Source: Alphaproteobacteria bacterium (GTDB lineage Bacteria; Pseudomonadota; Alphaproteobacteria; JABAAW01). Taken from it: a DNA stretch of 64,000 bases. Where the stretch lies: the NCBI GenBank assembly GCA_965216625.1, contig OZ244186.1, positions 1,347,594-1,411,593 of the forward strand, written 5' to 3'. Below the pieces are notes generated by a model. That model was not told the origin of the DNA. It made no database searches and saw only the letters and a list, made by a program, of their open reading frames with translations. Shown here in pieces: positions 29,543 through 40,613 of the stretch; position 1 is the stretch's first letter, and the number at the start of each line of letters is the position of its first letter. Made by a program: the position numbers and the translations under genes.

Positions 29543-30476
29543 GCCACAAAACTTGGCAAAGATAGACTTAAGACTAGACGGGGGATTAAACGCGGACGAG
29601 GACATTGTTGCTCGGTTGCGCGAGGCGGGCTTGTTGCGCACGAGCGCTTTGCAAAAAAGTCGCGGACAGAACTTTCTGAGGGATACGAATTGCGCGAGAC
29701 GTATTGCAAGGTGTTGTGATGTTGGGGGGGGGCTGTCCGCCTCGATGATTGTGGAGATTGGCGCGGGTGCGGGGGCTTTGACGCGCGCGTTGTTTCACGA
29801 GGGAGCGCGGCGTGTTGTTGCCATCGAGTCGGATGTGCGACTAGCAGACTTCTTAAGACGGGCGAGCGATAGATGGGGGGAGGAAAAAACCTTGCAGGTA
29901 ATCGAGGCGGATGCGAGGACTTTGGATTACGTTGATCTTATCGAGAGGGGGCTTACTGAAGAAGATACGATCATTGTTGGCAATTTACCTTATAGCGTTG
30001 GGACGGTGATTTTGCGAAAGATTTTGGAGGATGGGGTGAGGTATAGGACGATGGTATTGATGTTTCAGCGAGAGGTTGCGGAGCGTATTGTGGCGAATGT
30101 TGGTTCTTCTGCGTATGGTAGATTATCGGTTATGGTTGGGTTGCGATGTTGTGTTGAGCGATGTTTTGATGTTGAGCCGAGTGTTTTTGTTCCTGTTCCT
30201 AATGTTGTTTCTTGTGTGTTGCGTTTTTCAGCAAGGGGGGTTGATGAGGAGTTAGGCGATATTGTTACGGATGCGGAGTATGGGGTTGTTGGGGAGATGA
30301 CGGGGTTATTATTTTCGTATCGAAGGAAGCGGATGTCGACGATTTTGCGGATGGCGGGGCGGGGGGATTGGGGGAGGATTGGGGAGGGGATTGGCATTGA
30401 TTGTTCTAGACGTGCGGGGGAGGTGGGGATTGGGGAGTGGCTACGCTGGGCGAGGGCTGTGATGACTTCGCGGTGA
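29530..30476 (+). CDS. rsmA: 16S rRNA (adenine1518/1519-N6)-dimethyltransferase RsmA/KsgA
   Basis: GQNFLRD, IVEIGAGAGALT and NLPYSVGT. The 3' third of the gene is strongly G+T-rich. Confidence 0.8.
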
Positions 30477-30509
30477 TGGCGACGCGCTATGGCGAGGCAG
30501 ACACGGGCT

Positions 30510-31000
30510 TTGTTGATTAGGTAACATACGCAAGACGAGCGAGCCTTAAGATTAGTTTTGGGCGAAGCGAGTTTTGCGCATGGGGGGGGGGGCGACGGGC
30601 TTTTTGTATTGACGGGCGGAAAACATCGCGTGCGTAGCACGCGGGGGGGTGTGGGGGGATAAATTCCCCCCACGAAGACCCCGCGTCAGCGGGGCGCGAT
30701 AGCGCCTTCTACGCACTCGCGCGAAGCGCGAGATGCGTAGCCTCTTATTCAAAAGCACGTTGCTTGCCTCGCGCAAGGGGAATTTATCCCCAAGCTGACT
30801 CGCAATGCGGTAGAGCGTTTTTAATTTTGCCTAGAATCTAGAGATAAAAAGAATCGCGCGGAGCGCGCCTCTTATTCAAAAGCGCGTTGCTTGCAACGCG
30901 CAAGGGGAATTTATCCCCAAGCTGACTCGTAACACGGTAGAGCGTCTTTAATTTTGCCTAGAATCTAGAGATAAAAAGAATCGCGCGGAGCGCGAAAAAA
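30510..31000. repeat. Array of mosaic palindromic repeats, including two tandem ~125-bp units (30733..30857 and 30858..30982)
   Basis: Directly visible. The units are cctcttattcaaaagcgcg...gcgcaaggggaatttatccccaagctgactcg(t/c)aa(c/t)(a/g)cggtagagcgt...ttgcctagaatctagagataaaaagaatcgcgcggagcgcg. Confidence 0.85.
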
Positions 31001-31082
31001 ATTGCTAGGCTACGCAACAAGTGCTAAAAATAGTATAGATGATTCGCACAAATACACAGATAGCCCAAGAAGGGCGGTAACG

Positions 31083-31655
31083 ATGACCGACTTCAATCAA
31101 TTGCCAAGCAACCTGCCTAAGCCAATAAATGACGGTGCCGCAGATCATCTGCTTGGGCTAAAACTGCCAGAAATTACTCTAACCTCGACTGATGACGAAA
31201 AAATCAATCTCGCAGAACTCAAGGGAAAGGTCGTGATATTTTGTTACCCGAAAACCGGCAGGGATGGTGTCACAATGCCAGAAGGATGGGATCAAATACC
31301 AGGCGCAAGAGGTTGCACGCCGCAAACTTGCTCCTACAGAGATAATTACCAAGAGATAAAACAGCTTGGCGCGAAAATCTTCGGGCTGAGCACACAGAAA
31401 ACCGATTACCAAAAAGAATTGGCAGATAGGCTAAATCTACCTTTTTCCATACTCAGCGACGAAAAAATGCAGCTGACTAAAGCTCTCTCTTTGCCAACGT
31501 TCGCCATAGACGATATGTTGTTACTCAAGCGTTGCGCAATGATTACAGAAAACGCCAAGATAATAGCTCTGAAGTATCCTGTCTTTCCTAGCAATAGCGA
31601 TGCTAGTTGGGTCATCGATTATCTAGCGCAAATACAATCTAGACTCGCGTCATAG
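31083..31655 (+). CDS. Peroxiredoxin-like (AhpC/TSA-Redoxin family) protein encoded in an A+T-rich segment
   Basis: VVIFCYPKTGRDGVTMPEGW...GCTPQTCSYRD is a thioredoxin-fold peroxiredoxin pattern. GC content is far below the neighbouring genes. Confidence 0.6.
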   Translation: MTDFNQLPSNLPKPINDGAADHLLGLKLPEITLTSTDDEKINLAELKGKVVIFCYPKTGRDGVTMPEGWDQIPGARGCTPQTCSYRDNYQEIKQLGAKIFGLSTQKTDYQKELADRLNLPFSILSDEKMQLTKALSLPTFAIDDMLLLKRCAMITENAKIIALKYPVFPSNSDASWVIDYLAQIQSRLAS

Positions 31656-31939
31656 CGCGAGACAAAGCCTTTCTGTCGCGCTCGCGCTTGTGCTTTTTAA
31701 AAGCACGCACTCGCGCGTCAGATTAAAAAAAACTGCACGAAGATGCTAGTAGCGGCGGCAGCAGCGATGGCAAGATTTCTGATGATCTCAGAGGCTTGGA
31801 CTAGACATTTCATACCTATATTATGAGACACACCTCCTGACAAATCATGCCGAAGTTTTTCCCCCTGTAAGGAGGCTGACTCTGTCGCTGTCTTCTGTGA
31901 GAGAGCGGGCAGAGTCTCGCGCCAACAACCTTGCGTCAC

Positions 31940-32500
31940 AAAAGCAGCTTGCCGTGTTACGAGTCAGCTTGGGGATAAATTCCCCTTGCGCGTTTCTGCG
32001 AAACGCGCTTTTGAATAAGAGGCGCACTTCGTGCGTTCTTTTTTCCTCTATCTTCTAGGCAAAATTAAAAACTCTCTACCGTGTTACGAGTCAGCTTGCG
32101 CACGCCTTCGGCGTGCGCTTTTGAATACGAGGCGCGCTACGCGCGATTCTTTTTATCTCTAGGACGAGGAAAACAATCTCGCCGTACCATGTTACGAGTC
32201 AGCTCGGGGATAAATTCCCCTTGCGCACGGCAAGCCGTGCGCTTTTGAATAAGAGGCTACGCATCTCGCGCTTCGCGCGAAATGCGTAGAAAAGCGCACT
32301 GCGTGCGCGAGGGGATAAATTCCCCCCGCTGACGCGGGGTCTTTTGCGAGGGATTACTCCCTCGCGCTCCCCGCGTGCTACGCACGCGATGTTTTGCATC
32401 CGTCAATATAAAAAGCGCGTCAAGACAAAAAGCCCGTCAAGACAAAAAGCCCGTCAAGACAAAAAGTCCGTTACGCATCCGTAGTTCTGCTACAATCCCC
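31940..32500. repeat. Array of the same mosaic repeats in the inverted orientation relative to 30510..31000, followed by three tandem 17-nt units gtcaagacaaaaagccc (32417..32467)
   Basis: The units cgctctaccgtgttacgagtcagcttggggataaattcccc..., gcttttgaataagagg and ccccgctgacgcgggg are reverse complements of those in the left array. Confidence 0.85.
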
Positions 32501-32507
32501 CCACCCC

Positions 32508-33962
32508 ATGACCATCCGCGTACGATTTCCCCCCAGCCCCACAGGAAGCCTGCACCTCGGCGGCGCACGCACCGCCCTCTACAACTTCCTCTACGCTAAA
32601 AAACACAACGGAAACTTCCTCGTCCGTATCGAAGATACCGACAAAAATAACCCCAACGCCACCGCCAACACAAAAAACATCCTCAACGACCTGCAATGGC
32701 TCGGTATCAACCCCGATGGCAAATATACCCTCCAATCACAAAATATCGTCCGCCACAAAGAAGTAGCCGCCCTCCTCCTGAAAGCAGGTAAAGCCTTTCG
32801 CTGCTACGACAGCCTCAAACACGACAACAAAAACGCAGCCCACTCAGAAGCACGCTCCCGTAGCAATGTCTTCAGAAGTCCATGGCGAGATAAATGGAGC
32901 GATAAAACTCCCACAGACGCTCCCAAAGATGCCGACTCCGTCGTTCGCCTCAAAGTGCCGCTCGAAGGAACCCTGACCATCGACGATAAAGTCAAAGGAA
33001 AAGTCACCTCCCCAAACACGCAAATCGACGACTTCGTCCTGCTCCGCTCCGACGACTCCCCCACCTACATGCTATCAGTCGTCGTAGACGACTACGATTC
33101 CCAAATCACCCACATCATCCGCGGCGACGACCACCTCACCAATACCTTCCGCCAACAAACCCTCTACAACGCTTGCGTCAGCGCAGGAATTTTCTCCAAC
33201 CAACAACCAAAGCCCCTCTACGCGCACATTCCCATGGTGCTGGACGAAGAAGGAAACCGCCTCTCGAAACGCAAAGGCTCGCGCAGTATCAACGACTTTC
33301 AAACCGACGGCATCCTACCCGAAGCATTGCTGAACTTCTTACTCCGCCTCGGTTGGGGACACAAAGACATGGAGATTTTCTCGCTACAACAAGCCATCGA
33401 CCTGTTCGACCTCGAAGGCTTGAACTCCGCACCCGCACGCATCTCCTACGCACGCCTCGAAAACCTGAACGCGCACTATCTGCGCACGCTGCCGCTCAGC
33501 GAGCTGCAATCTCGTCTACAACCCTTCCTGCCCGACTCCGCAGACGCACAAGCTCGCAAGCGATTCTTCCAAGGACTCGAAGGCTTGCGACAACGCGCGA
33601 CAACCCTACGCAACCTTGTCGCACGCGGCGAGTTTTACTTCCAACCCCCTCGCCTCCCGTTGCCCGATGCCAAGGCGCAAAAAATTTGGGACGAAGCACG
33701 CCTCAACCTTCCTCCTCAAGCCCTGCCACAACTCAGCGAAAGGTTGGCAGGAACCCGCGACGCAGATTGGAAAGCCGACACCCTCGCCCAAACGATGCGC
33801 GAGGCAGCACAAAGCTTAAAGCTCGGCTTCGGCGACCTCGCCAAACCCCTGCGCGCCGTCTGCACAGGACGCATGGATTCGCCCGACCTCAGCGAAGTGC
33901 TTGCCGTGCTAGGAAAACAACAAACCCTAGAGCGACTGCAACAAGCCCTCGCGCAACGCTAG
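32508..33962 (+). CDS. gltX: Glutamate--tRNA ligase
   Basis: The HIGH-region motif here is PSPTGSLHLGGARTA, followed by KMSKS-like LSKRKGS. Confidence 0.9.
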   Translation: MTIRVRFPPSPTGSLHLGGARTALYNFLYAKKHNGNFLVRIEDTDKNNPNATANTKNILNDLQWLGINPDGKYTLQSQNIVRHKEVAALLLKAGKAFRCYDSLKHDNKNAAHSEARSRSNVFRSPWRDKWSDKTPTDAPKDADSVVRLKVPLEGTLTIDDKVKGKVTSPNTQIDDFVLLRSDDSPTYMLSVVVDDYDSQITHIIRGDDHLTNTFRQQTLYNACVSAGIFSNQQPKPLYAHIPMVLDEEGNRLSKRKGSRSINDFQTDGILPEALLNFLLRLGWGHKDMEIFSLQQAIDLFDLEGLNSAPARISYARLENLNAHYLRTLPLSELQSRLQPFLPDSADAQARKRFFQGLEGLRQRATTLRNLVARGEFYFQPPRLPLPDAKAQKIWDEARLNLPPQALPQLSERLAGTRDADWKADTLAQTMREAAQSLKLGFGDLAKPLRAVCTGRMDSPDLSEVLAVLGKQQTLERLQQALAQR

Positions 33963-33971
33963 CTCGAAGTA

Positions 33972-34865
33972 CTACGAGCGCGCAGCCGTCCATCCGTGCA
34001 ACACAAGCGCGTGGAACTCTGCGAAAAGACGCCCATCTTTGCGAGGATACAAGCTGTCCGCAAGCTCGATCACCTCTCTCGACAAAGGCGTCGTCTCGGC
34101 GACCACCCCCGATTCGCCCATCGTCTGCACATCGCGTAGCAAATCCCACAGGTTCTCGTAGTCCGCCTCGACATAAAAACTCTCGGCAAAGGGCTGGCGC
34201 AAAAAAGGCAGATCGCGCATGGCGTTGCCGACACGCTCCAAAGAAGGGAAAGGAGGAACGCGCAAACAAACACGACTTCGCAACCGCGATTCGGCTTGCA
34301 ACAAGGTTTGCGCCAAAACACTCAGCGTCCCATCGCCAAAAATGACGGCGTAAAAAGGCGCGTCCGCCCTCAACAAAGCCGCCAGTCCCGTCAAGGCACG
34401 CGACAAATCCTGCTCCCAATGCAACGAAAAAAAAGACAGAGCCGCGTCAAACGACTCCGTCTCATCCGCAAGCGAAGCCTTGATGCATACCTTCGCGCGC
34501 AACTCCGCGTGCAACTTTTGCGATTCAAGCCTCGCCGCGTTTTGCTCCAGCAACATCGTCAAACGCCGAGAAGGCTCGCACAGCGTAAGCTCCCCCATGC
34601 GCTGCAAAGCTCCTCCGTCCGCCAAAGCCTGCAACAAAGCCCCGTCGCGCGGCGTGAGCGCAACAACACGCCGAAAAGGCTTTTTCAAATCAAGCCACTT
34701 GTCCGCCAACACATCCCCCGCATGGCGAAAAAGAAACTCGGCATCCCTACCCCATAACATTCGCCGAGAAACAATGCGCTCGCGCAACGCCAAACGTCTG
34801 CGCAACGAAACTCCAAACCCTGCTTCCACACCTCTCCCCCCATCGCAACCAGCCCCATCGCTCAC
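33972..34865 (-). CDS. Putative SAM-dependent methyltransferase (NDUFAF5/COG0500-like, degenerate motifs)
   Basis: Its length and the pattern LFRHAGDVLADKWLDLKKPFRRVVALTPRDGALLQAL resemble alphaproteobacterial NDUFAF5-like methyltransferases. The motif I glycines are not conserved. Confidence 0.4.
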   Translation of the reverse strand: MSDGAGCDGGRGVEAGFGVSLRRRLALRERIVSRRMLWGRDAEFLFRHAGDVLADKWLDLKKPFRRVVALTPRDGALLQALADGGALQRMGELTLCEPSRRLTMLLEQNAARLESQKLHAELRAKVCIKASLADETESFDAALSFFSLHWEQDLSRALTGLAALLRADAPFYAVIFGDGTLSVLAQTLLQAESRLRSRVCLRVPPFPSLERVGNAMRDLPFLRQPFAESFYVEADYENLWDLLRDVQTMGESGVVAETTPLSREVIELADSLYPRKDGRLFAEFHALVLHGWTAARS

Positions 34866-34871
34866 CTGACG

Positions 34872-36575
34872 CTACTCTTTCAAAGGCAGCACAACAGCCC
34901 ACCCCACCAACGGCGCAGGAATGCCGCGCACTCGGCTCACCTCCACCCCGAAAATCCTACGCCACGGCACAGCGAAGGGCGGTGGCAACGCATAAGACCT
35001 GTCACGCAAAACTTGACGATAACGAAACGGCAAGCCCTCGTCCGCGTTGCGCGCAAACCACAACAGAACGCCTCCCTTCTCGCGCCACTCCTCACGGCGA
35101 TCAGCAACCCACGCCCTCCTCTCGTCGTCGAGCAGCGTGACAACATTAGGGCGCGAAGGCGCAAAAAACGCAACGTTGTCAGCAAGCCATCCGCCGCCAA
35201 CGATCGACAAGGGCCGATAACCCTCTTGCCTCCAGCCGTCTGCAACCTTCCTCGCCAAAAGCTTGCCGTCGAAAAAAGGACGCAAACTGGGAGGCAGACC
35301 AACCCGCAACGGCGTGCGCGACGACTCCTCTCCCGCCTCCTCAGCACGATTTTGCGCATCGACATCCGAACGCATCGAAGCAACAGGCTTAGTCGTCACC
35401 TGATAGGGACCGTCGAACAACCACGCCTGTCGTGGCGAGGCGACAAAAGGCAAGGCTAACACCCCCGCCGTCGTCAACAAAACAAGACCACTCCACACAG
35501 CAAAGAAAATCGGCACCCTTCTGCGGATCGTGTTCTGATCGATCGCGTTCCTGCAAAAATAGAAGAGCGCAATCCCCGTTAAATTCCAATAGAACAAACC
35601 CCACAAGCTGTGAATGTAGCGCTGCCCGAACATCGACAAGGCAATCGAGACAGCAAATGGCAACAATCCGATCGTCAGCAAAAAGACTTTCTTGTCGTGC
35701 GCGAAACAAACCCGCTCGGAGGAGGGTTGCGGCTTGTCGCGCCGCGGCAGAAAGACAGCGAAACACAAGAACACAGGGAGCATATTGACGATCTGCCCGT
35801 AGGTGAAGCGCAAGGGAAAGTAGAGCGCGGGCAAGAACGGCGCAGTGAGTTTTTGCGATATCTGCGTCGTTGCGTAAGCGAAGGTTGCATAGTCGTTGTG
35901 TATGACCCACCACCCGTGCGGCAGGATGAGAATTCCGAAGAGCGTCATTGCCGCGTACGGCTTGTAGGTCTTGAGATATGCTCTCCAATGTGGACGCATC
36001 AGGATCGTCGCTAGGCTTGCCAGCAACAACAACACGGCGGCGTATTTCGTCAGGATAGCTACCGCCGCCGCCGCCGCGAGTGCCATCCACCATCGAGCGC
36101 GCCCGTCGTTGAGAGCTTTCCACAAAAAGAAGTTAAAGGCAGCCCACGAAAGCAACGACACGGTGTTGGCGTTGTAGGTGAGGCTGTAAAAGCTGTAGAA
36201 GAGGCCGCAGGCAAGAATCAGCGTCGCAAGCAGAGCAGACAGGGGCGCGAGAAATTCTTGAGCCAAGCGCCAAACAAAAAAGTAGGTTGCAAGCAGCGTT
36301 ATTTGTCCGACAAGATAATACGAAGCGATGGTGTCGGGAAGAAAGAACAAAAAAGCCTTGAGTATCCACGACGGCATGGCGGGATGCTTTTGCCCGCTCC
36401 ATTGCAACTCGCGCGACCATTGGAGAATCTCCGCTGCATCCGCTTGCAAGCCCGGATGCAGCCAGGTAAAAACACCGACAAGAACAACAGCTTTGAGCGT
36501 TAGGAGAATTAAAAGAAGAGCCCCAAGGTTTTCCTGCTTAAGAAAACTTTGAGAACTTTTTTGTTTTGAGTTCAC
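34872..36575 (-). CDS. Glycosyltransferase family 39 / ArnT-like dolichyl-phosphate-mannose-type membrane glycosyltransferase
   Basis: About 12 TM helices with an N-terminal GT-C fold signature (DTIASYYLVGQ). 567 aa. Confidence 0.65.
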   Translation of the reverse strand: MNSKQKSSQSFLKQENLGALLLILLTLKAVVLVGVFTWLHPGLQADAAEILQWSRELQWSGQKHPAMPSWILKAFLFFLPDTIASYYLVGQITLLATYFFVWRLAQEFLAPLSALLATLILACGLFYSFYSLTYNANTVSLLSWAAFNFFLWKALNDGRARWWMALAAAAAVAILTKYAAVLLLLASLATILMRPHWRAYLKTYKPYAAMTLFGILILPHGWWVIHNDYATFAYATTQISQKLTAPFLPALYFPLRFTYGQIVNMLPVFLCFAVFLPRRDKPQPSSERVCFAHDKKVFLLTIGLLPFAVSIALSMFGQRYIHSLWGLFYWNLTGIALFYFCRNAIDQNTIRRRVPIFFAVWSGLVLLTTAGVLALPFVASPRQAWLFDGPYQVTTKPVASMRSDVDAQNRAEEAGEESSRTPLRVGLPPSLRPFFDGKLLARKVADGWRQEGYRPLSIVGGGWLADNVAFFAPSRPNVVTLLDDERRAWVADRREEWREKGGVLLWFARNADEGLPFRYRQVLRDRSYALPPPFAVPWRRIFGVEVSRVRGIPAPLVGWAVVLPLKE

Positions 36576-36633
36576 GGCAGGATTTTCCTTAGATTTGGAT
36601 ATTGGTCTTGTCGTTTTGTTTCCGTGCAGAGAA

Positions 36634-36755
36634 GGGACGGCAACGCCCTACTCTTCCACGCCACGAGGACGCAGTACCATCGGCGCAGGAGGCTTTCACG
36701 TTCGAGTTCGGAAAGGGATCGGGTGTTGAGCCCTCCGCTATGATCGCCGCCCCGT
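36634..36755 (-). rRNA. rrf: 5S rRNA
   Basis: Reverse complement ...GGCGGCGATCATAGCGGAGGGCTCAACACCCGATCCCTTTCCGAACTCGAACGTGAAAGCCTCCTGCGCCGATGGTACTGCGTCCTCGTGGCGTGGAAGAGTAGGGCGTTGCCGTCCC. Confidence 0.85.
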
Positions 36756-37018
36756 CACTGCACGGAAACAAATCATGGATTTTTTTCGACAAGTTTGTTT
36801 GTCGTTTTTGTTTTGAGAACGCTTTTCAATTTTTAGTAATTTCTGTCACAGCATTATCTATGCGCTGAGGCGCTGCTTGCGTTTTGTCGAAGCAAAGAGC
36901 GTTAAGGTCAATCGAGAGATTAGTACCGGTCGGCTCCACATGTTACCATGCTTCCACCTCCGGCCTATCGACGTGGTGTTCTTCCACGGCTCTGATAGCG
37001 ATATCTATTTTCGAGGTT

Positions 37019-37051
<33 letters not shown>

Positions 37052-37219
37052 AGACCGTACTTGGCTACCCGGCACTGCCACTGGCGTGACAACCGGTACA
37101 CTATAGGTACGTCCACTCCGGTCCTCTCGTACTAGGAGCAGCTACTCTCAGATATCGAACACCCACGGCAGATAGGGACCGAACTGTCTCACGACGTTCT
37201 AAACCCAACTCACGTACCA

Positions 37220-37270
<51 letters not shown>

Positions 37271-37326
37271 TGATGAGTCGACATCGAGGTGCCAAACACC
37301 CCCGTCGATGTGAACTCTTGGGGGGT

Positions 37327-37380
<54 letters not shown>

Positions 37381-37808
37381 TCGGGACCACCGGATCACTA
37401 TGACCGACTTTCGTCTCTGTTCGGCCCGTCGGCCTTACAGTCAGGCAGGCTTGTGCCATTGCGCTCATCGGCTGATTTCCGACCAGCCTGAGCCTACCAT
37501 TGCGCGCCTCCGTTACTCTTTGGGAGGCGACCGCCCCAGTCAAACTACCCACCACGCAGGGTTCCGGCTCCTCCACGGAGTCGGTTAGATGACAAATACA
37601 GCAAGGGTGGTATCTCAAGGTTGCCTCCACCTCGACTAGCGTCGAGGTTTCTCAGGCTCCCACCTATCCTGCACGTGATGCATCTGGCATCACTGCGAAG
37701 TTGTAGTAAAGGTGCACGGGGTCTTTCCGTCTAACCGTGGGAACTCCGCATTTTCACGGAGAGTTCAATTTCGCTGAGTCTGTGTTGGAGACAGTGGGGA
37801 GATCGTTG

Positions 37809-37897
<89 letters not shown>

Positions 37898-37974
37898 TTC
37901 AGGAGCTTTCACCCCATCCCTTAACCTTCCGGCACCGGGCAGGCGTCAGACCCTATACTTCGTCTTACGACTTT

Positions 37975-38007
<33 letters not shown>

Positions 38008-38493
38008 CCCCTGATTTCGTGCCCCCCGCGACGGCTTGCGCCGCTGCGGGGCCTCCTTTTCCCGAAGTTACGGAGGTAATTTGCCGAGTTCCTTCAACAC
38101 AGTTTTCTCACGCGCCTTGGTATGCTCAACCGATCCACCAGTGTCGGTTTAGGGTACGGTCTAAAGCTGGGGTTCTTTCCAGGAACGACTTCCCCTGCCT
38201 TCGCAATCCGATCAGCGAAGACAAGAAAGGTCATCCGTCACCTCCAGCAGGCTCAGGAATATTAACCTGATTCCCATCGTCTACGGCTTTCGCCCTCGAC
38301 TTAGGGGCCGGCTCACCCTACGCGGACGAGCCTTGCGTAGGAAACCTTGGATTCTCGGCGGGGGTGATTCTCACACCCCTTGACGCTACTCATGTCAGCA
38401 TTCTCACTTCCGATACCTCCACGACACCTTACGACGCCGCTTCACAGGCTTACGGAACGCTCCGCTACCGATGCAACAGAATCTGTCCGTCGT

Positions 38494-38998
38494 CAATTAA
38501 TCATCATTTAAATTGCGCTCCTATCCCTTCTATAAGCCAACTAGGGATGGAGTCAGAATCTCCATCCCCGTTAGCAATGTCAAATCGTTTTGACTAGTTC
38601 GCTCTTTTGCAAGCCCCATCCTCACAAGAATAAATTTGGGGAGACAAAGGGATGCCGAAAACATGACGAGGAATCGCCAGATAACCTGCTGGCGCATCAA
38701 TTGTGTCGGTACTGCCTCCAAAATAGATCCCGCCAGTGGTACATCCACCCAAGGCAAATATTCCCACAAGAGCCACAGCTACGATAAGAGATTTTTTCAT
38801 GTCATCCTCCTACAAGGATTGTTGAGAAACTGCCTCTCGCGCTCGTGCGCGGAGGCACTGCCTTATCGGCAGGTGGAGCGATGATAGTATGAAAAAAGGC
38901 TTTGACAACCTTTTTTGCTTTTCACCATCTCCTCCTCGTGTTTCTTTTTTCCCTTGAAGGAGGGACATGAAATTGACGACGCACAGATTCTGTTACAT
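38494..38998 (-). other. ~505-nt intervening sequence replacing 23S helix 45; long (~28 bp) closing inverted repeat
   Basis: The rRNA sense reads GAAGCTGCGGG|ATGTAACAGAATCTGTGCGTCGTCAATT...AATTGACGACGGACAGATTCTGTTGCAT|CGGTAGCGGAGCGTTCC. The flanks match E. coli positions about 1160-1190, where helix 45 IVSs are known. Confidence 0.75.
38594..38800 (-). CDS. Small lipoprotein (68 aa; ~48-aa mature peptide with a C-terminal Cys pair) encoded inside the 23S IVS, in the rRNA sense
   Basis: MKKSLIVAVALVGIFALGGC is a lipobox, followed by ...YSCEDGACKRAN. The RBS is aggagga. A conserved hairpin ccgcgcacgagcgcg lies upstream. It is A+T-richer than the flanking rRNA. Confidence 0.5.
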   Translation of the reverse strand: MKKSLIVAVALVGIFALGGCTTGGIYFGGSTDTIDAPAGYLAIPRHVFGIPLSPQIYSCEDGACKRAN

Positions 38999-39059
38999 CC
39001 CGCAGCTTCGGTATACGGCTTGAGCCCCGTTACATCTTCGACGCAGGAAGGCTTGATTA

Positions 39060-39123
<64 letters not shown>

Positions 39124-39680
39124 TGGCTTTCCCACATTCTTTCCCACTTAGCCGTAATTTAGGGACCTTAGCTGGCGGTCAGGGCTGTTTCCCTTTTGAC
39201 GACGGACCTTAGCACCCGCCGTCTGTCTGCCGTGCTGAATCCTACAGTATTCGGAGTTTGGTTAGGTTTGGTAAGGCTCGCGCCCCCCTAGCCCATCCAG
39301 TGCTCTACCCCTGCAGGAGATCACACGACGCACTACCTAAATAGTTTTCGCGGAGAACCAGCTATTTCCGAGTTTGATTGGCCTTTCACCCCTAGCCACA
39401 GATCATCCGAAGATTTTGCAACATCTAACGGTTCGGCCCTCCAATGCGTGTTACCGCATCTTCAGCCTGTCCATGGCTAGCTCACTCGGTTTCGGGTCTT
39501 ATACTACGAACTAACGCGCCCTTTTAAGACTCGCTTTCGCTACGCCTACGCCTCACGGCTTAAGCTTGCTCGTAACACAAAGTCGCTGACCCATTATGCA
39601 AAAGGTACGCGATCACCGCACGAAGCGGCTCTCGCAGGTTGTAGGCACTCGGTTTCAGGGACTCTTTCACTCCCCGCATT

Positions 39681-39726
<46 letters not shown>

Positions 39727-40613
39727 GTCGAGGAGTATTTAGGCTTGGAGGGTGGTCCCCCCACATTCAGGCAAGATGTCACGTGTCCCGCCCTACTCTA
39801 GAACAAATCATGCAGATTCGTGTACGGGGCTATCACCCTCTATGGCGCGTCGTTCCAGACGTCTTCCTCTTCAAGCATAATCAGCTACTGGCCTCTTCCG
39901 CGTTCGCTCGCCGCTACTAACGGAATCTCGGTTGATGTCTCTTCCTCCGGCTAATGAGATGTTTCAGTTCGCCGGGTTCGCTTCGCTGTACTTGCGTACA
40001 ACGATTCCCCACTAAGGGGAGGGTTTTCCCATTCGGATATTTTCGGATCACAGTGTGCTGGCAACTCCCCGAAACTTTTCGCAGCCTGCCACGTCCTTCA
40101 TCGCCTCTCGACGCCAAGGCATTCGCCAAGCGCCCTTTGCTACCTTTCGCTCTTTGCTGACAATTCGCAAGCAGCGCCTCAACTCATAGAGGGCTGCTGT
40201 TGACAGAAATTGTGCGTTCTTTCCGATTTCACAAAACTCCGTGCGCAACGCGCCGACAGAGCCAGAAAATCGAATTCTTACAAACGATGGACTTGTTCAA
40301 TAGTTCCCCCCGAAACGCCTCTCGTATTGCAAATACAAGCAGCGCGAAGCCCATAATAGCCGAGCCAGTACTAGAGCGCAAGAAAAAAAACACAAAAAAC
40401 GCATCAGAGATAAAAAAACACGCAAGCGAAAATTTTCCCATCCTCCCCTCTTTTGCTCCCTCTTTTTCTCTTTGTGCGCCTTGCCTCAAAGCACGCCTTG
40501 CGTAGAAAACGACGCTCTCATGTCAGCATTCTCACTTCCGATAACGCTTCTCATTCTTGCGGAACGCTCCGCTAGCGATGCAACAGAATCTGTCCGTCGT
40601 CAATTTTTTTCTT

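Noticed and set aside
30733-30982. Possible CRISPR array
   Set aside because: The two tandem units are ~125 bp, with no short repeat-spacer periodicity and no cas genes. They belong to the mosaic intergenic repeat family.
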